This document shows positions 1 to 9,313 of a stretch of 64,000 nucleotides of DNA, one piece after another. The position numbers were made by a program, and so were the translations under genes. Within the stretch, counting starts at the first letter, position 1. Every line of letters begins with the position of its first letter. The notes beneath the pieces were generated by a model that worked only from the letters and a program-made list of their open reading frames with translations, did no database searches and was not told the DNA's origin. This DNA is from an uncultured Bacteroidota bacterium (GTDB lineage Bacteria; Bacteroidota; Bacteroidia; Bacteroidales; VadinHA17): contig CALMJY010000171.1 in NCBI GenBank assembly GCA_937864815.1, forward strand, positions 1,997-65,996, read 5' to 3'.

Positions 1-2
1 CT

Positions 3-767
3 TCAGATGCTCAGCTAAATACCATAAAACATCATTTTATCAGATTCCTGCCTGTAGATTCATACTACAGCTCAAGTTTATTTGAGAGGGATGTTCTGAA
101 TCTGCTTCCGGAACTTTTCATGAGAAAGAATGTGGTGATAATGGCAGGCGGGTCGGGGATGTATATCGATGCAGTATGTCATGGCATCGATGATATCCCT
201 GATGTTGAACAGGAAATAAGGATCAGGTATAATGCCATGTACCTTGAATCGGGTATTGAAGGGCTCAGAAGAGCTCTTAAACTAATGGATCCTGAGCATT
301 ATAATAAGGTAGATCTGAAAAATCACAAACGAATAATACGTGCACTTGAGATCTGTGAATCTACAGGCCGGCCATATTCATCATTTCTCCACAGCGGGAA
401 GAGGGAAAGAGACTTCAGGATTATTAAAATCGGACTTTCAAGAGAAAGGGAGGAGCTTTATCAAAGGATTAATCTCAGAGTTGACCGGATGGTGGAAGAA
501 GGACTTGAGAAAGAGGCTGCAGAACTCTATGGGTTTAAGAGCCATAATGCACTAAACACAGTGGGATACAGGGAGTTTTTCGATTTTTTCGATGGCAGGA
601 TTTCAAAAGATAAGGCTATTGAGCTTATAAAGAGAAATAGCCGCAGATATGCAAAAAGACAGCTTACCTGGTGGGCAAAAGATAAGGAGATAAACTGGTT
701 TCACCCCGATCAGAAAGATGAGATTCTGAAATTCGCAGCGGACTCAATCTCAGGACAGGTTCTTTAG
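3..767 (+). CDS. miaA: tRNA dimethylallyltransferase MiaA, 5' end off-window
   Basis: The frame is open from nt 3. The translation (..IKHHFIRF.., GGSGMYIDAV, YAKRQLTWW) fits the IPP-transferase family. Track ORF 120..767 is only the part after an internal Met. Confidence 0.85.
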   Translation, partial: SDAQLNTIKHHFIRFLPVDSYYSSSLFERDVLNLLPELFMRKNVVIMAGGSGMYIDAVCHGIDDIPDVEQEIRIRYNAMYLESGIEGLRRALKLMDPEHYNKVDLKNHKRIIRALEICESTGRPYSSFLHSGKRERDFRIIKIGLSREREELYQRINLRVDRMVEEGLEKEAAELYGFKSHNALNTVGYREFFDFFDGRISKDKAIELIKRNSRRYAKRQLTWWAKDKEINWFHPDQKDEILKFAADSISGQVL

Positions 768-1403
768 TCTTTGTATTGTAACGGCAGGATCAGATGAGCT
801 GAATACAGAATTGCCGGCTACTAAAACATTTACTCCTGATTTAATAAGCTTGGCTGCATTACCTGTATCTATACCTCCGTCGACCTCAATCAGGACATCA
901 TGTCCTCCCGAGTCAATCATCTCCCGTAACTCCTCAATTTTTTTATAACTCTCCATTATGAATTTTTGTCCTCCGAAACCCGGATTAACAGTCATAATGA
1001 GCACCATATCAAGATCGCAAAGAATATTTTTCAGGTGGGAAACCGGAGTATGCGGGTTAAGTGCAACACCTGCTTTCATACCCAGATCTTTAATCTCGGT
1101 TACGGTTTTCTGAAGATGAATGCAGGCCTCATACTGAACAGTCAGAACAGCAGCGCCCGTATCTCTGAATCTATTAAGGTATCTGTCGGGATCTACAATC
1201 ATCAGGTGTACATCCAGAGGCTTTTCTGATATTTTACTTACATATTCCAGAACAGGAAATCCGAATGAGATATTCGGTACAAAAACTCCATCCATTATAT
1301 CGAGATGGAGCCAGTCGGCCTGGCTGCTATTTACCATCCTGATATCTTTCTCCAGGTTGCCGAAATCGGCAGCAAGAAGGGACGGAGAAACAAGGTGATC
1401 CAT
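750..1403 (-). CDS. rpe: ribulose-phosphate 3-epimerase
   Basis: Motifs SLLAADFGNL, HLDIMDGVFVPN and MTVNPGFGGQKF. ATG at 1403 (MDHLVSPSLLAADF) aligns with Rpe N-termini, whereas the track start 1430 is a TTG. Confidence 0.9.
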   Translation of the reverse strand: MDHLVSPSLLAADFGNLEKDIRMVNSSQADWLHLDIMDGVFVPNISFGFPVLEYVSKISEKPLDVHLMIVDPDRYLNRFRDTGAAVLTVQYEACIHLQKTVTEIKDLGMKAGVALNPHTPVSHLKNILCDLDMVLIMTVNPGFGGQKFIMESYKKIEELREMIDSGGHDVLIEVDGGIDTGNAAKLIKSGVNVLVAGNSVFSSSDPAVTIQRLKNLS

Positions 1404-1426
1404 CGGTGATTGTATTTGAAGTGAAT

Positions 1427-2290
1427 TCAACCCAGGTAAGTTTTAAGTATACGGCAGCGGGTTGTGAATTGTATCCGTTTTATAGCTTTTTCCTTTATCT
1501 GTCTGACACGTTCCCGTGTAAGGCTCAGCTCCTCACCTATCTCCTCAAGAGTATAAGGATGCTTCATCCCTAAACCGAAATAGAGCTTAAGAACCTTTGC
1601 TTCGCGGGGTGAAAGAGTACAAAGAGCTCTCTCAATCTCGTACGCCAGCGACTCATTAATAAGGTTCCTGTCAGGACTTGGGGCATCATTACTGGGAATC
1701 AGGTCATACATGGTATTATCTTCCTCTGAGCTGATGGGAGCATCCATGCTTACAGTACGTCCGTTTGTTTTCAGTGCTTCCTTAACATCTTCGGGTATCA
1801 TCTCAAGGATATCTGCTATCTCCTGGGATGACGGTTCCCTTTCGTATGTCTGCTCAAGCCTTGCAAATGCCCTGTTTATTCGGTTAATTGAACCGATTTT
1901 GTTAACCGGTAATCTTACTATTCTCGATTGTTCTGCAAGAGCCTGAAGAATGGCTTGCCTGATCCACCAGACAGCATATGAAATAAACTTGAATCCTCTT
2001 GTTTCATCAAAACGTTGTGCAGCTTTCATCAGTCCCAGGTTTCCTTCATTAATAAGGTCGGGAAGGGTGATACCCTGATTCTGATACTGCTTTGCAACAG
2101 AAACAACAAAACGGAGATTAGCTTTGACGAGTTTTTTCAGGGCTTCATTGTCGCCTGCTTTAATCTTTCTTGCAAGGACAACCTCATCCTCAGGTGAAAT
2201 CAGTTCAACTCTTCCAATCTCCTGAAGATATTTATCAAGAGAAGGAGTGTCGCGATTAGTAACCTGTTTTGTTATCTTCAGCTGACGCAT
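1427..2290 (-). CDS. rpoD: RNA polymerase primary sigma factor (Bacteroidota 287-aa sigma-A type)
   Basis: The N-terminus [23 protein letters not shown], region 2 [12 protein letters not shown] and region 4.2 [23 protein letters not shown] all match. Confidence 0.92.
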   Translation of the reverse strand: MRQLKITKQVTNRDTPSLDKYLQEIGRVELISPEDEVVLARKIKAGDNEALKKLVKANLRFVVSVAKQYQNQGITLPDLINEGNLGLMKAAQRFDETRGFKFISYAVWWIRQAILQALAEQSRIVRLPVNKIGSINRINRAFARLEQTYEREPSSQEIADILEMIPEDVKEALKTNGRTVSMDAPISSEEDNTMYDLIPSNDAPSPDRNLINESLAYEIERALCTLSPREAKVLKLYFGLGMKHPYTLEEIGEELSLTRERVRQIKEKAIKRIQFTTRCRILKTYLG

Positions 2291-2644
2291 ACACCTGCAG
2301 CTTAATTAGATTATAAGGAATCCCGAAGTAGTTTTACAATTTTAATAAAAAAAACTGCTCTCCCGACATGACAGCCTAAAAATTTTTGGATTTCAAAATA
2401 TTATTACTATCTTGCAATGCTATTTCATTTACTGAATTTCAGATCTTTTATCGGTTTGTAATAATCCGTTGCATTTTTAACAATAATTAACAGGAGTTTT
2501 ATTAGTTATTTTTTTTAATATTGCAGCGGTTTTTCGGGAATGTGAAATTTGTGCTTTAATAATTCAGCGGGTAGATCCGCGTTTCTTATCCCGTGTTTCC
2601 ATAAAATCTATGCTATTTCGTATATTCCATTTATCGTTAAATAT

Positions 2645-4474
2645 ATGTATGACATTCTTGAGCTAAGTAAGAAGCTGCTGCCTGAATTAAGGGATATTGC
2701 CAAGCAACTTAATATCAAAAAGGCAGAGACTTTAAAAAAGCAGGATCTGATCTACAAAATACTTGATCAGCAGGCAATTGAGGCAACTGATATCAAAAAG
2801 GCTGAACCTGTGGAAGAAGAAAGATTTTCCTACGCCCCTGACATTTATAAGAATGAAAATGAGGCTCTTACAAGAAGAGGTAAGCGCCCCAGAACAAATA
2901 AACCGGCACCATCGCGTCCTGTTGAATCTGTCATGACTGTCTCACCTGATGGTATGAAAATTACAGAACAGAGGCCATATGAAAGACCTGAAAGGGAGCC
3001 AAAGAGTGAAAACAGGGAAGAGATAAAAATCCAGCCTAAACCTTCTGTTCCGCCTAATGATGACAGGAAGGAAGACATGTGGGCAGAAAGGCACACAGAT
3101 CATTCAATGGATCAAAGAAGGGAAAGACCGGAATGGCATTCTGAACCGGCAATCGAAAAAAATTATCAGGAACATGTCACTGAAAAACTATCTGACGAAA
3201 CATTACCTTCTGAACTAAATGAAATACCATTTGAGGAAAAAACACCATCAGCCGATATTTATTATGGTGACATTATTGTTGATCCGCCTGTAAAGGAAGC
3301 TGTTGCGGAAGTGATTCACCCAAGAGAAGAAAGGAAAGAAAAACCATACGACTTCGAAGGTATAATATATAATACAGGTGTACTTGAAATAATGCCTGAT
3401 GGTTATGGTTTTCTCCGTTCTCCTGATTATAACTACCTCAACTCACCCGACGATATTTATGTATCACAGTCACAGATAAAATTGTTCGGACTTAAAACAG
3501 GTGATACAATTAAAGGATCAATTCGTCCTCCCAAGGAGGGTGAAAAGTATTTCCCTCTTATCAAGGTAGATGAAATTAACGGAAGGAGTCCCGATTTCAT
3601 AAGGGACAGGGTGCCATTTGATTTTCTGACGCCTCTTTTTCCAAACGAAAAATTCACACTGTGCCAGCCTGGTGAAGGGTCTCTGTCAGTCAGAATAATT
3701 GACATGTTCACCCCACTAGGAAAAGGCCAGAGAGGATTGATAGTTGCCCAGCCTAAAACCGGTAAGACAATCCTTCTTCAGGAAATTGCAAATGCAATCG
3801 CACATTATCATCCTGAGGTTTACCTGATGATCCTGCTTATTGACGAAAGGCCTGAAGAGGTAACTGACATGGCCAGGAATGTTAAGGCTGAAGTAATAGC
3901 ATCAACTTTTGATGAGCCGGCCGAACGTCATTGCCGTGTTGCGAATATTGTGCTTGAAAAGGCAAAACGCCTGGTTGAATGCGGACATGATGTTGTAATC
4001 CTCCTCGACTCTATAACAAGGCTTGCAAGAGCATTTAACACAACAGCCCCTGCATCCGGAAAGGTATTGTCGGGCGGTGTTGACTCTAATGCACTTCACA
4101 AGCCAAAAAGGTTTTTCGGAGCTGCCCGTAATATTGAAAACGGAGGTTCGCTGACCATTCTGGCCACAGCACTTACGGAAACAGGATCAAAGATGGATGA
4201 TGTGATCTTTGAGGAATTCAAGGGAACCGGCAATATGGAACTTCAGCTCGACCGCAAGCTCTCTAACCGAAGGATATTCCCGTCAATTGATATCCCGGCT
4301 TCCAGCACAAGAAGGGAAGACCTGCTTCTCAATAAAAACATCCTTCAGAAGATATGGGTGCTGCGTAATTTCCTTGCAGATATGAATTCGGTTGAAGCGA
4401 TGGAGTTCCTCCGTGACAGGCTGCTTCAGGCAAAATCGAACGAAGAGTTTCTTGTTTCAATGAATGGTGGTTAA
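2645..4474 (+). CDS. rho: transcription termination factor Rho with ~185-aa low-complexity N-terminal insertion
   Basis: It has a Rho_N helix ([17 protein letters not shown]), CSD-like [13 protein letters not shown], Walker [19 protein letters not shown] and [12 protein letters not shown] 2645 is preferred; the track start 2549 is a TTG giving a non-homologous hydrophobic extension. Confidence 0.93.
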   Translation: MYDILELSKKLLPELRDIAKQLNIKKAETLKKQDLIYKILDQQAIEATDIKKAEPVEEERFSYAPDIYKNENEALTRRGKRPRTNKPAPSRPVESVMTVSPDGMKITEQRPYERPEREPKSENREEIKIQPKPSVPPNDDRKEDMWAERHTDHSMDQRRERPEWHSEPAIEKNYQEHVTEKLSDETLPSELNEIPFEEKTPSADIYYGDIIVDPPVKEAVAEVIHPREERKEKPYDFEGIIYNTGVLEIMPDGYGFLRSPDYNYLNSPDDIYVSQSQIKLFGLKTGDTIKGSIRPPKEGEKYFPLIKVDEINGRSPDFIRDRVPFDFLTPLFPNEKFTLCQPGEGSLSVRIIDMFTPLGKGQRGLIVAQPKTGKTILLQEIANAIAHYHPEVYLMILLIDERPEEVTDMARNVKAEVIASTFDEPAERHCRVANIVLEKAKRLVECGHDVVILLDSITRLARAFNTTAPASGKVLSGGVDSNALHKPKRFFGAARNIENGGSLTILATALTETGSKMDDVIFEEFKGTGNMELQLDRKLSNRRIFPSIDIPASSTRREDLLLNKNILQKIWVLRNFLADMNSVEAMEFLRDRLLQAKSNEEFLVSMNGG

Positions 4475-4488
4475 TTAATAGTTTTTCT

Positions 4489-4496
4489 TAGATTTG
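4489..4496 (+). promoter_or_regulatory. candidate sigma-A -7 box (TAGATTTG) upstream of nifJ
   Basis: It matches the Bacteroidota -7 consensus TAnnTTTG, 43 nt upstream of ATG 4539. No clear -33 TTTG is present. Confidence 0.3.
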
Positions 4497-4538
4497 CACT
4501 TTATTTTTTTAACCTTACTTAAATCAAATATATATACA

Positions 4539-7500
4539 ATGAGAACAAAAAAATTCATAACATGCGACGGCAACCATGCTGCGTCCCATGTTGCATATAT
4601 GTTTAGCGAAGTAGCTTGCATATATCCCATCACACCATCATCCACAATGGCAGAATACGTTGACGAATGGGCTGCCAATGGTCTTAAAAACATGTTTGGT
4701 GAAGTACTGAGGGTTGTTGAAATGCAGTCGGAAGCAGGAGCTGCAGGTTCATTACACGGTGCTCTCCAGGCCGGCTCTCTGGGCACAACATTCACTGCAT
4801 CACAGGGATTGCTCCTTATGATCCCCAACATGTACAAGATGGCCGGTGAACTCCTGCCGGCAGTATTCCATGTTTCAGCCCGTACCGTTGCTGCACATTC
4901 ACTTTCAATCTTCGGAGACCACAGCGATGTATATGCCACCCGCCAGACAGGATTTGCAATGCTTGCAAGTGGTAGTGTCCAGGAGATAATGGACCTTGCC
5001 GGTGTTGCTCACCTTTCTGCTATTAAATCAAGAATCCCGTTCCTGCATTTCTTTGACGGTTTCCGTTCTTCAGCTGAAGTACAGAAAGTAGAAGAAATGG
5101 AAATGGCTGATCTGATGAAACTCACTGATTTTGATGCTATAAAGAGATTCCGCGACAATGCACTGAATCCTGATCACCCTGTCACCAGGGGAACAGCTCA
5201 GAACCCCGATATCTTCTTCCAGGCAAAAGAGGCTATCAATCCATTCTACATGCCTATTCCGGATATCGTTAACTCATACATGGCCGAGATCAGCAAAATT
5301 ACAGGAAGAGAATATAAACCATTCACATATTATGGTGCTCCTGATGCTGAGAATATTATTGTTGCAATGGGTTCAATCACCGATACAACAAAAGAAGTAA
5401 TTGATTACCTTATTTCTAAAGGAGAAAAGGTTGGACTTATTACAGTACATCTTTACCGTCCCTTCTCAGCAAAATATTTCTTTAATGTATTGCCAAAGAG
5501 CGTAAAAAGAATTTCCGTACTTGACAGAACAAAAGAGCCCGGTGCTAACGGAGAACCTCTCTATCTTGACGTGGTTGAAATGTTCTACAACAGGGCTGAG
5601 AAACCACTTATAGTGGGTGGACGTTACGGATTAAGCTCAAAAGACACCACACCTTCACATGTTCTTTCTGTTTTTGAGAACCTGAAGATGAAAGAGCCAA
5701 AGAACGGATTCACAGTGGGAATTGTTGACGATGTTACCTTTACATCCCTTCCGATTCTTCCCGAAATCAATGTGGCCCTGCCCGGAACATATTCTGCAAA
5801 ATTCTATGGCCTCGGATCAGATGGTACTGTGGGAGCTAATAAAAATTCAATCAAGATTATCGGTGACACAACTGATAAATATTGCCAGGCATATTTCGCT
5901 TATGACTCCAAGAAATCAGGCGGTATAACTACTTCACACCTGCGTTTTGGTGACAAGCCTATCCGTTCGCCATATCTAGTGAATACACCAGATTTTGTTG
6001 CATGCCATGTTCCGTCTTACCTTGATAAGTATGACATGCTTAAAGGTCTTAAGAAGAATGGCGTTTTCCTTCTCAATTCAATATGGGATGCAGAAGAGAC
6101 AAAGAAACGTCTGCCAGACCATATGAAGAAATATATGGCTGATACCCAGATCAATTTCTATATCATCAATGCAACAATCATTGCTGAAGAACTTGGGTTA
6201 GGAACAAGAACAAATACAATCATGCAGGCTGCATTCTTCAAGGTATCGAACGTAATACCCTATGAACTGGCAGAGAAAGAGATGAAAACTGCTGTTTACA
6301 AGACCTATGGAAAGAAAGGTGAGGAAGTTGTCAATATGAACTACGCTGCAATTGACAAAGGATCTGCTGTTACAAAGGTCAGTATTCCTGCAGAATGGTC
6401 ATCAATAAAAGTTAAGAAAGCTGAGGATAACAGGGAAATTCCTGCATTCATCCGTGAGGTTATGGAACCAATAAACTTTCTTAAAGGAGATGAACTTCCA
6501 GTTAGTGCATTCAGGGGAAGAGAAGACGGCACCTTCCCTGCCGGTACATCCCAGTATGAAAAACGCGGTATCGCGGTCAACGTTCCCGAATGGCAGCCGA
6601 ACGAGTGTATTCAGTGCAACCAGTGCGCATATGTATGCCCTCACGCTGTAATACGTCCATTCCTTCTTACCGAGGAAGAACTTGCAAAAGCACCTGAGGG
6701 AACCCAGACAATACAGGGTATACCGGGAGCTCTGAAAGCATACAAATTCAAGATCCAGGTAAGTCCCCTCGACTGTACCGGCTGCAGCAACTGTGCTGAT
6801 GTATGCCCCTCAAAGAACAAGGCTCTTATAATGAAACCGCTTGAGACACAGCTCGGTGAAGTTGAAAGGTGGAACTACATGCACGATAAGGTAGGTTACA
6901 AGGATACCGTTGTTGACAAGTTTGTCAATGTTAAAAACAGTCAGTTTTCACAGCCTCTGTTTGAATTCTCCGGAGCTTGTGCAGGCTGTGGTGAAACACC
7001 ATACATCAAAACGATAACACAGCTCTATGGCGACCGCATGATTATTGCAAATGCAACAGGTTGTTCATCAATATACGGAGGATCAGCTCCAGCAACCCCT
7101 TACGTTGCCAATAAATTGGGGAAAGGTCCTGCATGGGCTAATTCACTCTTCGAGGACAATGCTGAATATGGTTATGGCCAGATGCTTGGAACAGATGCAC
7201 AGAGAACAAGGATTGCAGGCATGATGAAAGAAGCATTAACCAAAGAAATAGTCACAGGGGAAACAAAAGCGGCATTCGAGGAATGGCTTAAGGTTAAAGA
7301 TAATGCAGAGGCCTCAAGGGCTGCATCTGCAAAAGTTGCTGAAGCATGCAAAAAGGACAGTTCAGCAGTTGCAAAAGAGATCCTTAGTCTTGAACAGTAT
7401 CTTGTCAAAAAATCTCACTGGGTTATTGGCGGCGACGGCTGGGCCTATGACATAGGCTACGGAGGTCTCGATCATGTAATAGCATCAGGAGAAGATATAA

Positions 7501-8078
7501 ACATTCTTGTTCTTGATACAGAAGTATACTCAAATACCGGTGGACAGGCTTCAAAATCAACTCCTGCAGGTGCTGTGGCAAAATTTGCCGCATCAGGAAA
7601 GAAGATCCGCAAGAAGGATCTTGGCCAGATGGCAATGAGTTATGGTTATGTATATGTAGCACAGGTTGCTATGGGTGCAAACAACTCCCAGTTCTTCAAG
7701 GCATTAAAAGAAGCGGAAGCTTATCCCGGCCCTTCACTAATAATTGCCTACTCTCCATGTATCAACCATGGTCTCAGGGATGGAATGGGAAGAACACAGG
7801 CTCAGACAAAACTGGCTGTTGAAGCAGGTTACTGGCAGATGTACAGGTATAATCCTCTTCTTGAGGCAGAAGGAAAAAATCCTTTCCAGCTTGATTCAAA
7901 AGAACCAGACTGGAGCAAATTCCAGGATTTCCTCAATACCGAAGTTCGTTATACATCACTCATTAAAGCATTCCCGAAAGAAGCTGAAGTATTATTCAAA
8001 GCCGCTGAAGAGAATGCCAGGTGGAGATACAAGGCTTATCAGCGACTTGCCGCTATGGATTTCACTAAGACAGTTTAA
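4539..8078 (+). CDS. nifJ: pyruvate:ferredoxin (flavodoxin) oxidoreductase
   Basis: A ~1180-aa protein with two 4Fe-4S motifs (CIQCNQCAYVCP, CTGCSNCADVCP) and TPP motif GGDGWAYDIGYGG. ATG 4539 (MRTKKFITCDGNHAA) is preferred over track start 4494. Confidence 0.95.
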   Translation: MRTKKFITCDGNHAASHVAYMFSEVACIYPITPSSTMAEYVDEWAANGLKNMFGEVLRVVEMQSEAGAAGSLHGALQAGSLGTTFTASQGLLLMIPNMYKMAGELLPAVFHVSARTVAAHSLSIFGDHSDVYATRQTGFAMLASGSVQEIMDLAGVAHLSAIKSRIPFLHFFDGFRSSAEVQKVEEMEMADLMKLTDFDAIKRFRDNALNPDHPVTRGTAQNPDIFFQAKEAINPFYMPIPDIVNSYMAEISKITGREYKPFTYYGAPDAENIIVAMGSITDTTKEVIDYLISKGEKVGLITVHLYRPFSAKYFFNVLPKSVKRISVLDRTKEPGANGEPLYLDVVEMFYNRAEKPLIVGGRYGLSSKDTTPSHVLSVFENLKMKEPKNGFTVGIVDDVTFTSLPILPEINVALPGTYSAKFYGLGSDGTVGANKNSIKIIGDTTDKYCQAYFAYDSKKSGGITTSHLRFGDKPIRSPYLVNTPDFVACHVPSYLDKYDMLKGLKKNGVFLLNSIWDAEETKKRLPDHMKKYMADTQINFYIINATIIAEELGLGTRTNTIMQAAFFKVSNVIPYELAEKEMKTAVYKTYGKKGEEVVNMNYAAIDKGSAVTKVSIPAEWSSIKVKKAEDNREIPAFIREVMEPINFLKGDELPVSAFRGREDGTFPAGTSQYEKRGIAVNVPEWQPNECIQCNQCAYVCPHAVIRPFLLTEEELAKAPEGTQTIQGIPGALKAYKFKIQVSPLDCTGCSNCADVCPSKNKALIMKPLETQLGEVERWNYMHDKVGYKDTVVDKFVNVKNSQFSQPLFEFSGACAGCGETPYIKTITQLYGDRMIIANATGCSSIYGGSAPATPYVANKLGKGPAWANSLFEDNAEYGYGQMLGTDAQRTRIAGMMKEALTKEIVTGETKAAFEEWLKVKDNAEASRAASAKVAEACKKDSSAVAKEILSLEQYLVKKSHWVIGGDGWAYDIGYGGLDHVIASGEDINILVLDTEVYSNTGGQASKSTPAGAVAKFAASGKKIRKKDLGQMAMSYGYVYVAQVAMGANNSQFFKALKEAEAYPGPSLIIAYSPCINHGLRDGMGRTQAQTKLAVEAGYWQMYRYNPLLEAEGKNPFQLDSKEPDWSKFQDFLNTEVRYTSLIKAFPKEAEVLFKAAEENARWRYKAYQRLAAMDFTKTV

Positions 8079-8096
8079 GATAATCCAATGATAACT

Positions 8097-8126
8097 AAGG
8101 GGCTATTTCTAAAGCCCCTTTTTCTA
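8097..8126 (+). terminator. intrinsic terminator after nifJ
   Basis: Stem AAGGGGCT / AGCCCCTT with an 8-nt loop, followed by TTTTCT, 19 nt after the stop codon. Confidence 0.7.
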
Positions 8127-8130
8127 TATC

Positions 8131-8204
8131 CACCCCTAAATCCCCCAGGGGGGACTTATTGAAAATCAGCGAATTTAAAAGCCCCCCTTGGGGGGTTTGG
8201 GGGT
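8131..8204 (+). repeat. family-A palindromic element, copy A1
   Basis: CACCCCTAAATCCCCCAGGGGGGACTT, a 21-nt centre, then AAGCCCCCCTTGGGGGGTTTGGGGGT. Confidence 0.9.
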
Positions 8205-8243
8205 AAAATCGATCTTTTGATACAGTCCCTATAAAAAATAAGA

Positions 8244-8681
8244 ATGGGAAGGATTTTAGGAATAGACTATGGCAATAAAAGGATCGGGCTCGCTGTTACT
8301 GATCCACTGCAGATGTTTGCTTCACCGCTGATTACAATCGGAACATCAGAATTCGATAAGTACATTGATGATTATCTAAGGACAGAGAAAATAGACGCTT
8401 TTGTATTAGGATACCCACGTCAATTGAACAACCAGCCCAGTGAATCTGTTAAATATATAGATCCATTCATTCAAAAATTGAAAAAGAAATATCCGGAAAT
8501 CACAATTCATTGCGTTGATGAAAGATTTACGTCACAAATGGCACTGAGAAGTATGATAGACGGAGGTGTAAAAAAGGGAAACAGGCAGGACAAATCGATG
8601 ATCGACAGGATAAGCGCTTCAATCATCCTGCAGTCCTGGCTTGATTCAAGGTCAAAGAGGAAAAGTGATTTTAAAATATGA
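8244..8681 (+). CDS. ruvX: Holliday-junction-resolvase-like YqgF/RuvX
   Basis: The N-terminus ILGIDYGNKRIGLAVTD matches, and the size is 145 aa. Confidence 0.85.
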   Translation: MGRILGIDYGNKRIGLAVTDPLQMFASPLITIGTSEFDKYIDDYLRTEKIDAFVLGYPRQLNNQPSESVKYIDPFIQKLKKKYPEITIHCVDERFTSQMALRSMIDGGVKKGNRQDKSMIDRISASIILQSWLDSRSKRKSDFKI

Positions 8682-9247
8682 TTTATCCGGTAGTTGTATA
8701 CGGTCATCCGGTATTAAGGAAAGTAGCCGAAGATATTGAGAGGGATTATCCCGGTCTCAACCAGCTGATTAATGATCTGTTCGAAACAATGTATTATGCA
8801 GATGGTATAGGACTGGCAGCTCCGCAGATAGGAAAGTCGGTAAGGATTTTCGTAATTGACGGAACTCCTGCTGCAGAGGATGATCCGTCAATGAGCGGTT
8901 TCAAAAAAGTATTCATTAATGCACATATCACTGAAAAATCGGGAGAACTTGTTCCAATGACTGAAGGATGTCTCAGTATTCCTAATCTCCGGGAAGAAGT
9001 CAATCGTGAATCAAAAATAAAGATTGAATACTACGATGAGAACTGGGAATTCCATGAGGAGACATATGAAGGTTACAAAGCCAGGGTTGTTCTCCATGAG
9101 TATGACCATCTTGACGGAATAATGTTTACCGACAGGGTAAGCGCACTCAGGAAAAGGCTTCTAAAGGGAAAACTGACTGCAATCGGGAAAGGTATTTTTG
9201 AGGCAGAATATAAAACAATCCTTCCCGGTCAGAAGGTTAAGGCATAA
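8678..9247 (+). CDS. def: peptide deformylase
   Basis: Motifs GIGLAAPQIG, EGCLSIP and HEYDHLDG. It overlaps ruvX by 4 nt. Confidence 0.95.
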   Translation: MIYPVVVYGHPVLRKVAEDIERDYPGLNQLINDLFETMYYADGIGLAAPQIGKSVRIFVIDGTPAAEDDPSMSGFKKVFINAHITEKSGELVPMTEGCLSIPNLREEVNRESKIKIEYYDENWEFHEETYEGYKARVVLHEYDHLDGIMFTDRVSALRKRLLKGKLTAIGKGIFEAEYKTILPGQKVKA

Positions 9248-9313
9248 TTTCCATTACATTAAGATTTTCATTTTCTTTTTCTTATCTTAGTATGGTCTCA
9301 ACAGCATCTGACC

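Noticed and set aside
2549-2644. N-terminal extension of rho from TTG 2549.
   Set aside because: The extension is hydrophobic and non-homologous. The conserved Rho N-terminus starts at ATG 2645.
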